Assembly (NCBI GenBank): GCA_964035545.1
Contig: OZ037768.1
Coordinates: 5,674,741 to 5,738,740, forward strand
DNA from: Bugula neritina
Lineage: Eukaryota; Animalia; Bryozoa
DNA: 64,000 nucleotides
Reading direction: 5' to 3'
Shown here: piece after piece, positions 50,024 to 61,723 of the stretch
How positions within the stretch are numbered: position 1 is the first letter of the stretch
Layout of the letters: every line of letters begins with the position of its first letter
Notes under the pieces: generated by a model
Told to the model about the DNA's origin: nothing
What the model saw: the letters and a program-made list of their open reading frames with translations, nothing else
The model's database searches: none
Made by a program: the position numbers and the translations under genes

Positions 50024-52057
50024 TATGCTTCCTAAAAAAAGACCTCAAATTAGCAGTGAATTACAATGAATGATAATAAAAGTAAAACAATTCAAATGTC
50101 ACAATTATAAACTTATAAAGGCCAGTTTGCACTGATAAATTGTGTGGTTATAGTGAAGTATTTTCTATCGAAGTTGAAAATAATAAAACAAATTATGTGG
50201 TGCTATGTCTTGTTAGAACATACTTAGTTAGAGAAAATTTGTAGAAATTTCAACGATCAAATTTAAAGTAGTAATTTTAGAAGAATATGAACTCAACTCA
50301 CGTTTTTAAGAGGAGAAACTGACTATTACTGTCTGATATCTTTGTGCCAACATTTATATTTGTCTCCAGTCAACATTTATCTCTTGCTATGTCATGTGAT
50401 CATTTTATCTGTTATCACACGTGCACAGTGTGCAAGAGTTTATGAATATCGCTATACAAATGACATTAAATAAGAATATTCGAAGTAATGTAGGTAAAGT
50501 GTGGTAGAAAGAATATGACTAGGTTCTCTATTTCTCCACCTCACTTTTTACTTTAATTAATTATAAATGTAATTTGTTTTTTAAAATTATGTGCAAAGTT
50601 ATTAAAATTCAACTTTAAGAATGAAATGTGTTTTATGAACTTTGATGAATTATTTAGTTTTTATTATGCACTTGTTTATTAATAAAGCATTAGTTTATGT
50701 AATTGTCATAAGCTGTACGTTGGCAAGCCAAATATACAGTGTGAAAACAAAATTCTCCATAGTTGGCTCTTAAAAGGGTGAATATTTGCTAAGTTAAAAT
50801 GTGGGTTATATTTGTTTTAGCATTAGATAACCTGTACACATAGCACAATATGTACGCTCACATTTTTGTTCACAGGACAGTCATAAACACGTGATGAATG
50901 AAGCCATCTCATGCGATGCTGGATAAAAGACTGATTCGCCTACGCAATACTGACACCAACGCAATACATTTATCTATTTAAGCTATTGCACATGTTGAAT
51001 ATAATAAGTTAAAATATATGTTGCAACTTGCCCACAAAAGATAACTTTCTCAAAGGTTGGGCTAAATATAATAAAACAACGCAATGCCTAAAGGAGTCAA
51101 ATATTTGTTGCTATATGTGTATGCATGTTTCTGATTCCAATGTCAAGGACTAATAAGTTTATCGCTTACCTAATAACTCATTGATATTTGGGGGGGGGGG
51201 GTAAACAAAGCAAGCTGCTCTTTGTAACCAACAGTGAACAGTAGGCTACGTATTATGATGTGCACTGTGACAGTAATTAACCTGTACTGTGTTATATTCC
51301 AATAGGAATCTACCCAGTCACGTGATATTAGTGTTAAATCAAAGCTCTTTTTCCAACTTTTAGCAATTAATGAAACAGAAATCTGAAGTATGTGTTTGAT
51401 TATCAACTCTAAGTTAAAAATTTAATGCAGTCAGTTAAATGCACTTTTCTGCTATTCAAGTTATCATAAAAACAACTTTTAGAACAATGTGATATGTTTC
51501 CATGCACATCTAGCTTCTTGTAATGTAAGCAGCATATCATTCTATGTGTTATGTATTGTGGTTTCATTGTGTCTCTTGATTTGCATCTCTCCCACAAGTC
51601 ACTAAGGCACTCATTCAGTTATGTTTCTTAAAACGTGGTTACTAGTACAGTGAACTATTATCATTCAGAAGTAATGCCAACAGCGGCTGGTGCGATATAC
51701 CTAGAGGTTTATGTCAACATTATCATGCGAACCAAAGGGTGTGTCTGTCTTAAAACCATTAGCTGGAGACATTTTTTAAAAATATGTCATTTGTGTAACA
51801 TTGTAGGAGAGACTATATTAAAAAAACAGTCACACTACGACAGATTTGTGTCTTAAAATAACTGAGTTAGCAAGTTAAGTTCACTCTATCTAAAAATGCT
51901 ATACAGAGAGATGTGGTGTCTTTTGTGTGTGCTAAGCATTAAATCATAGGCCTACACCCACTTAAAGTGTTTCATCATAATTTATCAAAAAAAGCTTTTT
52001 GTTAAAACAATGCAATGTTGCATTTATTTATTGGAAGAATGTTGTAATGATAAAACA

Positions 52058-54885
52058 TCATCCAAAAATGGTTTTTAACGCATTTAAAAGTTTATTGAAA
52101 GAAGATTTTGAAGGCTTTTTGGTAGGTTTAGCTTCTTTGGTGGGCTGAGCACGTTGAGTATCGGCTGTTGTGATTGGCTTAACAGAAGCCTGTGGACCAC
52201 ACATAGCAGAATCTGTTGAGTTGGAGAGCTGAGCTAGATTTGAAACAGGAGGAGTGAATCTAGCTTTACTACCCTGAAACAGGCAGTGTGTACATATTAA
52301 GCATGTTAAATATTATAACATATAAGATAATATAATATAATAATATAATATAATAATGCAACATACCATAATATAGTGTAATATGATGTAATACAACGTA
52401 ATATAATATCATATAATATAATAAGATACACAATGATGATTATAGTATCCATTTGTAGCACAGTACATAGAATAACAATATGAAGCAGTAGTATGTTGAA
52501 TATATATGTTGAGTGACTCACAGTAATAACGCTCTGTTGAGCGCGGTTCTGACATCTATTTTGCTGAGGGAAGGTGAGGTACCCATCCTCTAAAGCCTGG
52601 ATATTTTTATCACTCCACAGGTTACGCGATGTTATTGTATTAAATAAACTTCTATAATAGTTGCTGAAACTAAAATGACGTGGAATAATAAAATCAGTTC
52701 CAAGAAATTCGGTGGTTAACAATTCAGCATGACTAATAAGCATATAGTTTGAAATGATAAGCATAAATTGTGTGAAATAGTACGATACTAAGTTGGCTAT
52801 CGAGATATTTAGATTAATGCTTTAGCAATGAGGAAAAGGGAGCAGTCATGGTCTAGGGGTTAGAGCGCTCGCTTAGTAAACACGAAGCCATGGGTTCGAA
52901 CCCCGACAAAGGCCAGTGATTATGTTTGGAAGAGCATCCAGTCATAATTGCTCCTGTGCCACATCTAAATAACTCCTTAGCCCAATTTAACAAAAAACTT
53001 TTTATTAGGGGTTTCTCACAGGGATGGCGACTATAAACTTGCGTGAGTTCACTTAGCAATTAAAAACATGCGTACCTACAGCTCTCTTCGTTATACAAGA
53101 TTAAAACAATGCCAAAGCAATATATAAACAAATTTCAACTTTCAAAAACATAGCCTGTGTATCCATGCATTTACCTGTTTAGAGATGTAAGACCCATAGA
53201 CTTGGAGAGGAACTCTCTAGTCCGAGCTGCACTGCCATGCCAACCTGGAGCTGAAAAGCAGTCGGAGACATCTTGTGCTGGATAATAGTAGAGGTAGGAG
53301 ATACACATCTCAGAAGTGGTGGGAACCCCTCCCTATCAATAAAGTATTTTTTGAGTGAATCTGAGTCTAAGACAAGACAGCAGTATACATTGTGTGATAG
53401 AATATGAATCATAACAACAGTGGCTTGAATCAAAAGCATACACAGTTCTAGTTAAAATGCAATGTCCAATGATTGAAAACAGGTTACTTAATTTAAAAAT
53501 TTTCAGCTCACAATGTTTCAATACAAATACATGTATGCTATGTTATAATTGCAATTCCTAATATCATATATGAGTTATAATTCCACAATATTACCACCAA
53601 GAACACTAAACTTGGTAAATAACAAACACCCAAACATATTATAGCAGTAATTATTGTGCAAAGTAATGTGCAGATTTTACTACCAAATTGTTCAACAACT
53701 AAGTGTAATAACTTACACAAGACACAGTAAGTGTTATCACAAACTTACATATGTCATTCCTTTACGCCCTTTAGTGTTATAATGGCAAGTAACCATCACA
53801 GAGTCGCCCTGCAAAGAACAAAATCAACATAAATAAGAGAGCCTGTGGTGAGAAATACCGTTAGTAAAACATTAGTTTGTTATTGTTATATTGTACAGTG
53901 TATACTGTAGTTACTCTGCTTTAGAGGTGAAGTTGAATCAAGTTAATCTCAGAAATATAGAAATTCTATTTTATCAACAACGAATCAACCTGAAAAACAT
54001 TCTGAAAAGAATTTTAAAAAGTTAAAAAGCTATTGGCGTGGGCAAGGAGCTAGAGAGCTGAAATGCTACTACAAAAAGGAATGGTATAAGATAAGAATTG
54101 AAGTCGAATCAAATAATATAAGATAAGAATACTAACTGGCATAAACTCAATGGGTTTCTCAAGGATTTTGTACTGCTGATAGTTGAAATCATATCTCTTA
54201 TCTTCATCTATAATCTTCAGTTCTTTACCATCTCTGAACTGCCTAGCAATGACCTGCGTAGCTGCCAGATGCCCATGCAGGTATGCACCAAACACCGATA
54301 CTTTATTCTTCAACAGCTGTATGAGAGAATATCAACATAGCTTATAACTCGTATTTTATAAAATGCTAAAAGCAAAAACTGCAAACTCAAACACTGTGAA
54401 ATAGACATTGTATATACAGTAAACTGTGATTAGAAAAGTAGATGCATACCTTACTAGTACAACTATCGGTACAAAAGAAAGAACTTTTAAAGTCCTTAAC
54501 CCCCGGTGGGACAGTGATGCCAGCAACAGTGCCTGTACCCATAATTCCTGCATCATACTTCCTGAGCTGCTTGGTTAATGTTATACGCAAACCTGCATAA
54601 ACCAGTATTACAATGTTCCATTGGGTTAATCAATAGAGTGAGACGATATTTACACCAAATTATGAGCTATAAAACTAATATTGTAAACATAGGTTGTAAA
54701 TAAGTACTATATTATGTATTGCGTGCTATTTATAACTATGCTATAAATAGTGGTCTATACCAGAATTATCTGTTTTCCCTGACAAAAGTTGTGGGTTGTC
54801 ATAGTGCACTTCTATCATATAATACTTGGGTGACTTTCCATCCTCTAGAGGGAACCCTGCGTCATCCGGATAGTACACAGTCTAA

Positions 54886-54944
<59 letters not shown>

Positions 54945-57419
54945 ATATTATATATTGTATATAATACATAATAAATTGTATATTATATATAATATATATT
55001 ATATACAATACTTGAATACATGGGCACCTGTAGGTTTTACCCATGTGCAAGTAGAGGACACTGTATGTGGAAGAAGAGGACATTGTATGTGCAAGTAGAC
55101 GTCATTGTATATGCAAGTAGATGTCATTGTAAGTGTGAGTAGAGGAATAAGGCAGTGAAAGGTGAACAGTGTATGAAATTCAAAGTACAGATTAGTGTAA
55201 GAAAGTAGTCATGGCCTATTGATAACTTAACTCTCACATATTTAACATTCTAGTTACCATTTCAATATTATTCAGACTCAGTTGATAAGACAAGAGTCAA
55301 CCTATACACTATTGCACAACATAGATTTGATGTGTATATGAAAATATGTATATAATGCAATACTACAACCAGTTATGAGTAAAGATATAAAATTACCCCT
55401 CCACCAACAGCCCACACGGCCACAGTGCCCCTACAATCACTCATATCATCGGGCATGTTGGCACCGAAGCAGTCGTGACCAACTCCCACCAAGTGGTCCA
55501 TGTTGGCGCCAGTAGAATAACAGCCATAAACAAGAATGTGATGTACAATACCCAGGTTCGCTTCCTGGATTAGGGGCTCAACCTAAAACAAACACACATT
55601 CTAATTCATTCAAGCCATCGTGAAGTATGGTCAATTGAAACCAACGACAGGGTGAAGGAATATGGCAGAGAGTAAGTGTATACCTTGATCATGTGATGCT
55701 TAGTGGTGTACCTGGGAGATTTCTTCAGCTCACAATGATATCTAGTCCTTACCGCAGGAATAACAGCCTGAAACAGAAGGCTTTCAATGCAGAAGTCAAT
55801 AATGGAAAACACAAAAAAGTTTTTCAAAGTGAATTACCCTACAGGTATACAAAGTATACAAGTATAATATCCTATGAGTATATCCTCTACAGGTATACAA
55901 AGTATACAAGTATAATATTCTATGAGTATATCTCCTACAGGTATACAAAGTATACAAGTATAATATTCTATGAGTATATCTCCTACAGGTATACAAAGTA
56001 TACAAGTATAATATTCTATGAGTATATCTCCTACAGCTATACAAAGTATACAAGTATAATATTCTATGAGTATATCTCCTACAGCTATACAAAGTATACA
56101 AGTATAATATTCTATGAGTATATCTCCTACAGGTATACAAAGTATACAAGTATAATATCCTATGAGTATATCTACTACAGGTATACAAAGTATACAAGTA
56201 TAATATCCTATGAGTATATCTCCTACAGGTATACAAAGTATACAAGTATAATATCCTATGAGTATATCTACTACAGCTATACAAAGTATACAAGTATAAT
56301 ATCCTATGAGTATATCTCCTACAGGTATACAAAGTATACAAGTATAATATCCTATGAGTATATCTACTACAGCTATACAAAGTATACAAGTATAATATCC
56401 TATGAGTATATCTCCTACAGGTATACAAGTATAGCTGTCTGGCTAGGCAGAATAAGTTTCTAAATTTTAAATAACATGCACTACTTGCAAGCATTACAAC
56501 TTTAACTACATTTAAAATTATCGCACACACGCAAGCAGATACATCATCAATTTGCTAGGAATAATATTTCTTTTCATTTTTTGCCTATCAAGCTACTAGC
56601 ACAAAAAAAATATATATAGACATTTACATACATTTGTGACAGTGACATCCACAGTGAAGGCATCATCTGGTATGTCATGTTCTACAGAGATTCTCCTTCT
56701 CAGGTAAATACTTCTGGTACCTCTGTTGGATGCAGTATGATATGATACTGTATCACTACCGTCTGCTGAGATGGCATAAATTACTCTCATTGTGTCCGTC
56801 TGCAAATGTTACAATATATTTTATGCTTTACAATTATATAGAGTAGACAAGAAGCATACTGTTCATTGAATAATACCAACACAATGCCTGAATAATTATA
56901 AGCAAGAATAAAATACCCCAATAGGCATGTCCTTGTCATCACATGTATTGTGTTTTCTGGTGAACTTTATGGTTGTTACTCCATTTTCTTGAGATCCTTC
57001 CAGAAGTTCTACATCCTGAGAATCGTCTATTTTAGGATATCCGTTTCTCTCTGCATATCTATCCTGTAACACATCGTAGCCTTTTACATAAAATATAAAT
57101 TTATGAGGTTGAATATGTTCCATGTTAATGCAACAAGTTATATTACAACACTACCTACCTGTAAATATGGTTTACCATCAGCAAACCCTGCAGTAATGAT
57201 ATCAGCTCCAGCCATTCCACCATTAGGACTGAATCCTATTCCAAACCATCCTGTAGTTTTGACTTTAGCAGTGATAGTTATGTTGGTGTCAGAATACTGC
57301 CACTCTATATGGAATCTCTCCTTTGGATCTAAATATGCTGACTGTGATAGGTCAGTGTCAGCAGAGAGGACACAACCCCATATAGAGAGTAACACTAGTG
57401 TTAGCGTAGCAGGCGACAT
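52058..57419 (-). CDS. MOXD1/DBH-like monooxygenase copy C (divergent catalytic part)
   Basis: DOMON exons near-identical to A and B; VHHILVYGC, WAVGGG, EVHYDNP, GAYLHGHLAA, YDFNYQ, SEMCISYLYYYP; last exon ends ...FNKLLNALKTIFG-TGA at 52058. Confidence 0.9.
52830..53052 (+). mobile_element. tRNA-derived SINE in an intron of copy C
   Basis: A box TGGTCTAGGGG (about 52849) and B box GGTTCGAACCC (52893-52903) without a proper cloverleaf; flanked by the 8-bp direct repeat TTAGCAAT (52822-52829 and 53053-53060). Confidence 0.75.
54886..54940. repeat. (TA)n microsatellite abutting a splice acceptor of copy C
   Basis: Direct reading. Confidence 0.95.
55839..56431. repeat. 48-bp minisatellite, 12 units plus a partial unit
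   Basis: CTACAGGTATACAAAGTATACAAGTATAATATCCTATGAGTATATCTC repeated; source of spurious ORFs 55693-56463 and 55796-56530. Confidence 0.97.
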
Positions 57420-58157
57420 CTTCTGCCAGCTGCATAAAATATTTGATATGGTTAACACACACATGCGCTAGCGCGTGTGTGTATAGCTGTGGTGTCACAA
57501 GTAATGAAAACCTTTCAACACTTGAATCAGTTACACAAACAACAACAGCAAACAACTCTACTTGCTTGAATCAAACAGGATTTATCAAACTTTGATATCA
57601 ATTGTTAGTAAAACTCCACACAGCTTACCTTTCTAGTGAGCGATATTCACTGAGAGCTGAGCTAAAACACATGCAGTGAGTGGCATACGAGTGACTAGGT
57701 AGTATTAAGTTATGACCATCAGGTGGTTAAGTTCACATGATTCTGCAGAGTCACAACATTCGGTTAGTTTCCCAAACTTTGACGATGTAACAATTATAAT
57801 CACAGTTTGACTAAAAAATTTTATTAAAAGTATTAGGATCACTATACATTTTAAGCTCTAAACTACAAATTTCTAATTTTACACCTAACAAGTAACATTA
57901 TTTACATATGAAATACCAAAAATTGAAAATATAAAATAAATAACTAGTAAGCAGTACACTGTAAAAATACTTGAAAAACAAGTTTGTCATTATCATAGTT
58001 TCACTTTAAAATCTTGGTGATGGTTGGAATTGAGCAGGACTTGACTATCCAATGACCTGTAGACTCTATACTACTGACAGCATGTAACTGGCTCTTATAG
58101 ATGTCCAGCACCAACTCTGCCTCATGGGAAGGACGTATTCAGAATAATGACATTGCA

Positions 58158-59847
58158 TCATTCATCACCAAGTTTCTGATTTCTGTAGAATGTCCACTCT
58201 TTCTGTGCATTTCTCAATTTAATGTCCATTTGATCCACAACCCATCTACAAAACATACATTATTAGTGAATGGCTGTTTATGATTTGCAACTGCTTAAAT
58301 CTGATGCACATTAATTTATAATAATATAACAGTGTACTGAACACCCCATTGCTTTTATTAAAGATTCTGAGACTACAATTCACAGAGCAACATCTTAGTT
58401 AAATGATAAATTTACAATTTCAGTAATTCCAGTATTCAATTAACTAGGTACTAAAATCGTTACATGAATGACAGCCATTTTTGCTTATGCCTATCAACAG
58501 TGAAACCAATTTTTTTTACAAACAAACCAGGAAAATATTCAATCAACTAAGAATAGAAAATGAATGTAGCCAATTTTCAAAGAATAGATGTGATATCATC
58601 AAACTCATATAATGGCTACATAAAAACTTTGCTTGAAAATTTACCACCCGACAGTTTAGCAACATAAATATATTGCAGTACTGCAAAATAGGCCAGCCTA
58701 GCACAGAGCTTAATCCAGCGAAATAGTTTGATCTTTAAAAAAAATTTCAACATAAGTTAAACTTTGATTAAAAATGTGTATATTGGATAGCAGTTGGTAA
58801 TGCTCTTTTTAAGCTACTCTGTTTATGGCAGTAAGATCTACACATTACAAACACCAATCTTTAAAAACTAGAGTTTACAGCTTGCAGACTAAAACATAGA
58901 ATTGTCTCTCCTTACAACTTACACTTTTATTTGTTCAAAATTAATTAGCAACATGACATGCAAATGATTCCGCCACCATTAATTTCCTAACACTTGCCTA
59001 AAAAGAATTTTTTTATCTAAACTTTTGTCGCAATTGTGTCAAAGCTACATGTAAATAGTGACCAACATGTACACCCTATAACCAAAAGATTGACCAATCA
59101 AAGCACCTTTTTTTCAAAGACTAGTCCAATCATAGCCAAGAAATATGAATGAAGTTTATAATATTATGTATAAAATAGAATTTATAAAATAAAATATATA
59201 ATAGATATAAAATAAAATTCTTGTAAACATAAAGCCAGCTAATAAACTAAGAATATAACTTAAGTTTACCCATTTGAATGATAAGAAGCTTGGATATGGA
59301 TAACTCCTCTATCTTTAGGTCCCTGAACAGGTATATCTAGAGAAACAAACTCTTTACCTATTCTAGTATTAGATGATGCACCTCTACTGATTCTTTTGAT
59401 AGTATAGGATTTTCCTAAATACTCTTCCAAGACTGGATAACCAGAAATCAGCTTCATAGAATCCACATAATAAGGTTGCTTTTTCAAGTCAACTAAAAAA
59501 CCAAGAGGTTCCATCACTGTAATTTATTGAAAACTAGAAAATGCATATTAATTGCTATTTCACTAATTGGAAGGATTGTAGCAAAACAATTAGTGTGTAA
59601 GTAGAGGCTTCTGATATGGTTGATAAAACAGCATTTCATATTCATACAGTTAAAACATCATTTGCTGAAAATGAAGAATCTATGATAGTAAGCGTGGTTA
59701 CTGAACATCTAAGTTTAGAATGGTGAACCATTTAGTACCTTGTATTTTCTCGTTATATAACGCTGCAGAAAGTGGAATTAAAGCACCAGCAGCACAAAAC
59801 TTCCAGACAGAATTAGCAGCTATCAGCTTTTTAAATGATTGATACAT
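58158..59847 (-). CDS. COA1: Cytochrome c oxidase assembly factor 1 (COA1)-like, 3 coding exons
   Basis: Spliced MYQSFKKLIAANSVWKFCAAGALIPLSAALYNEKIQ-VDLKKQPYYVDSMKLISGYPVLEEYLG...LDIPVQGPKDRGVIHIQAS...G-WVVDQMDIKL. This resembles the COA1 pattern YY..A...L....LG...IPVSGSKSEGLLY...W.LD. Confidence 0.75.
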
Positions 59848-61636
59848 CACCCTGCTAAAAGCATAATAATTGCTGATATATATTCATTCAATACAGACAA
59901 GATATATTTTTCCAGTTGATTTAAACCATAGCAGTTGACAGTGAAAAATGATAAAACCAACTATATAAGATATAGTCTTGTATAATTCATTAGGAGCATT
60001 CAATTTTGATAAAATAACATGTTGTATTTCTGTATTCGAAGAAAGTAAGTATTTCATTTCACAAATACATATAAATGTATGTAAAATAAACAATGGCCAG
60101 CTGAAATAGTTAGCAATAAATATAACTTTATAACCACTTTAATGCTTTTGCTATAAATTAATTTCCCTATATTTCTAAGACTTAAATATCAAGTCAAGAA
60201 ATCAATCAAACATTGAGGAATTTTAATCAGATACGGAAATCATGGAATGATAAATGTCCTGAAAAGAACTATTTTATACAATAATTATAAGTTTATTTAA
60301 TGTATAATAACATTTTAAATAACTAAAAAAGTTAGATTGAATTACTTCTTATACTATAAGTCATATAATCAAGACAGATGGCTTAGACTATCTATAATAA
60401 TGATACTCATAATCTAACACTGACCAACTATCACGATGATTGTGATATTAGACCCAGTAATTAAATCTTTTACTTTGAATACTGGCCAAAGAACACCAGT
60501 CTTCTTAAGTCATACCAGCCAGACCAGTTACCACCAAAGTGGACTACCCTTGACTTTGAGAGCAAATACTTCCCTATTTCACAACAGCTTTTTACCAAAA
60601 ACAATGCGAGACATGAAAAACATTAAAATATCATTCCATGTAACTCACAGCCAGGTTTATGAAAACCTATGCTAAAATCAAACATTACTATGCTATCACT
60701 ATGCCCATCTCGGTATCTGAATAAATTGTAAACTTTAGGCTTACCTGTACACTGATCTACTTCTAGTGTCCTATCGGACTAACGCGAATTCATGCTTTGA
60801 TATTGATACTATAATAGAGTGACTGCAGAAGTCATAGTCATCAAGATAGTTCAACTTAATGTTATACAAATACTGATATTTATATTGATATTATTAGTTC
60901 TATTAAATTTAATACGGATACTCATACTGAGTCTGATACTTATATACTCATACTATATTAAATTTAATATAGTTACTTTCATATTCATATTGATTATTCT
61001 TATTTAGAATCATCATCATGGCCATGAGATTGAGATTTACTTTTCAGTTTGAAGTTTTTTCCAAATATCAAATTTAAGAATAGATAAAATGAATATTAAT
61101 AATTATCATAATGATGATCATCATTTACCTGGCTCTGCAGCTAATAGTAATTCAAATTGAAATTGTATAGCATTTTTCATTAAGCTTAGGACTAGGCTAT
61201 TCATAATTCAGTTTCACTATCACTATGGCTGAGTATGAGTATCAGTATGACTATGACTATCAGTATCAGTATCAGTATGAGTATCAATCGGACTCAGCAT
61301 GAGCATCAGAGCTCGAGTAGAAATGTGAGATTTTACGAAATGCATTATTTACATGATGGTAATAATTAATGAGAGGTAAAAATCAGGGTTATGTGATAAT
61401 TCCATAGCAAAATCACTATATCAATATGAATAGTTATAAAAAAAACTGCCAGCATGAACATCAACGTGCAGATATTATTTTTCATGCTCTGTTTTAGAAG
61501 CCTATGTTCTCATTCAGTCGCGCAAGAGGTTTCGTTTTGCGAACACACGCAGAAAATCCTTACAAACTAGTTTCAGATTACTAGTGTATATTAGCGACTC
61601 CATGTTTCTTTCTTGTGGTTTGCTGCGGTCGTTTGT

Positions 61637-61649
61637 GTTTCCTGGCAAC
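61637..61649 (+). promoter_or_regulatory. RFX X-box upstream of calaxin
   Basis: GTTTCCTGGCAAC fits the X-box pattern (GTTTCC-N-GGCAAC) about 75 bp upstream of the ATG of a motile-cilia gene; forkhead core TAAACA at 61652. Confidence 0.7.
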
Positions 61650-61723
61650 ATTAAACATATTACACCTGAAATCAGTCTGAAATTTCACAACGGTCTGAAC
61701 AGAGCTCATTATTCATAATAAAC

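Noticed and set aside
52838-52915. Second tRNA gene
   Set aside because: It has A and B boxes but the acceptor stem does not pair and there is no terminator; better explained as a SINE head.
55693-56530. 256-aa and 244-aa Tyr-rich ORFs
   Set aside because: Artefacts of the 48-bp intronic minisatellite.
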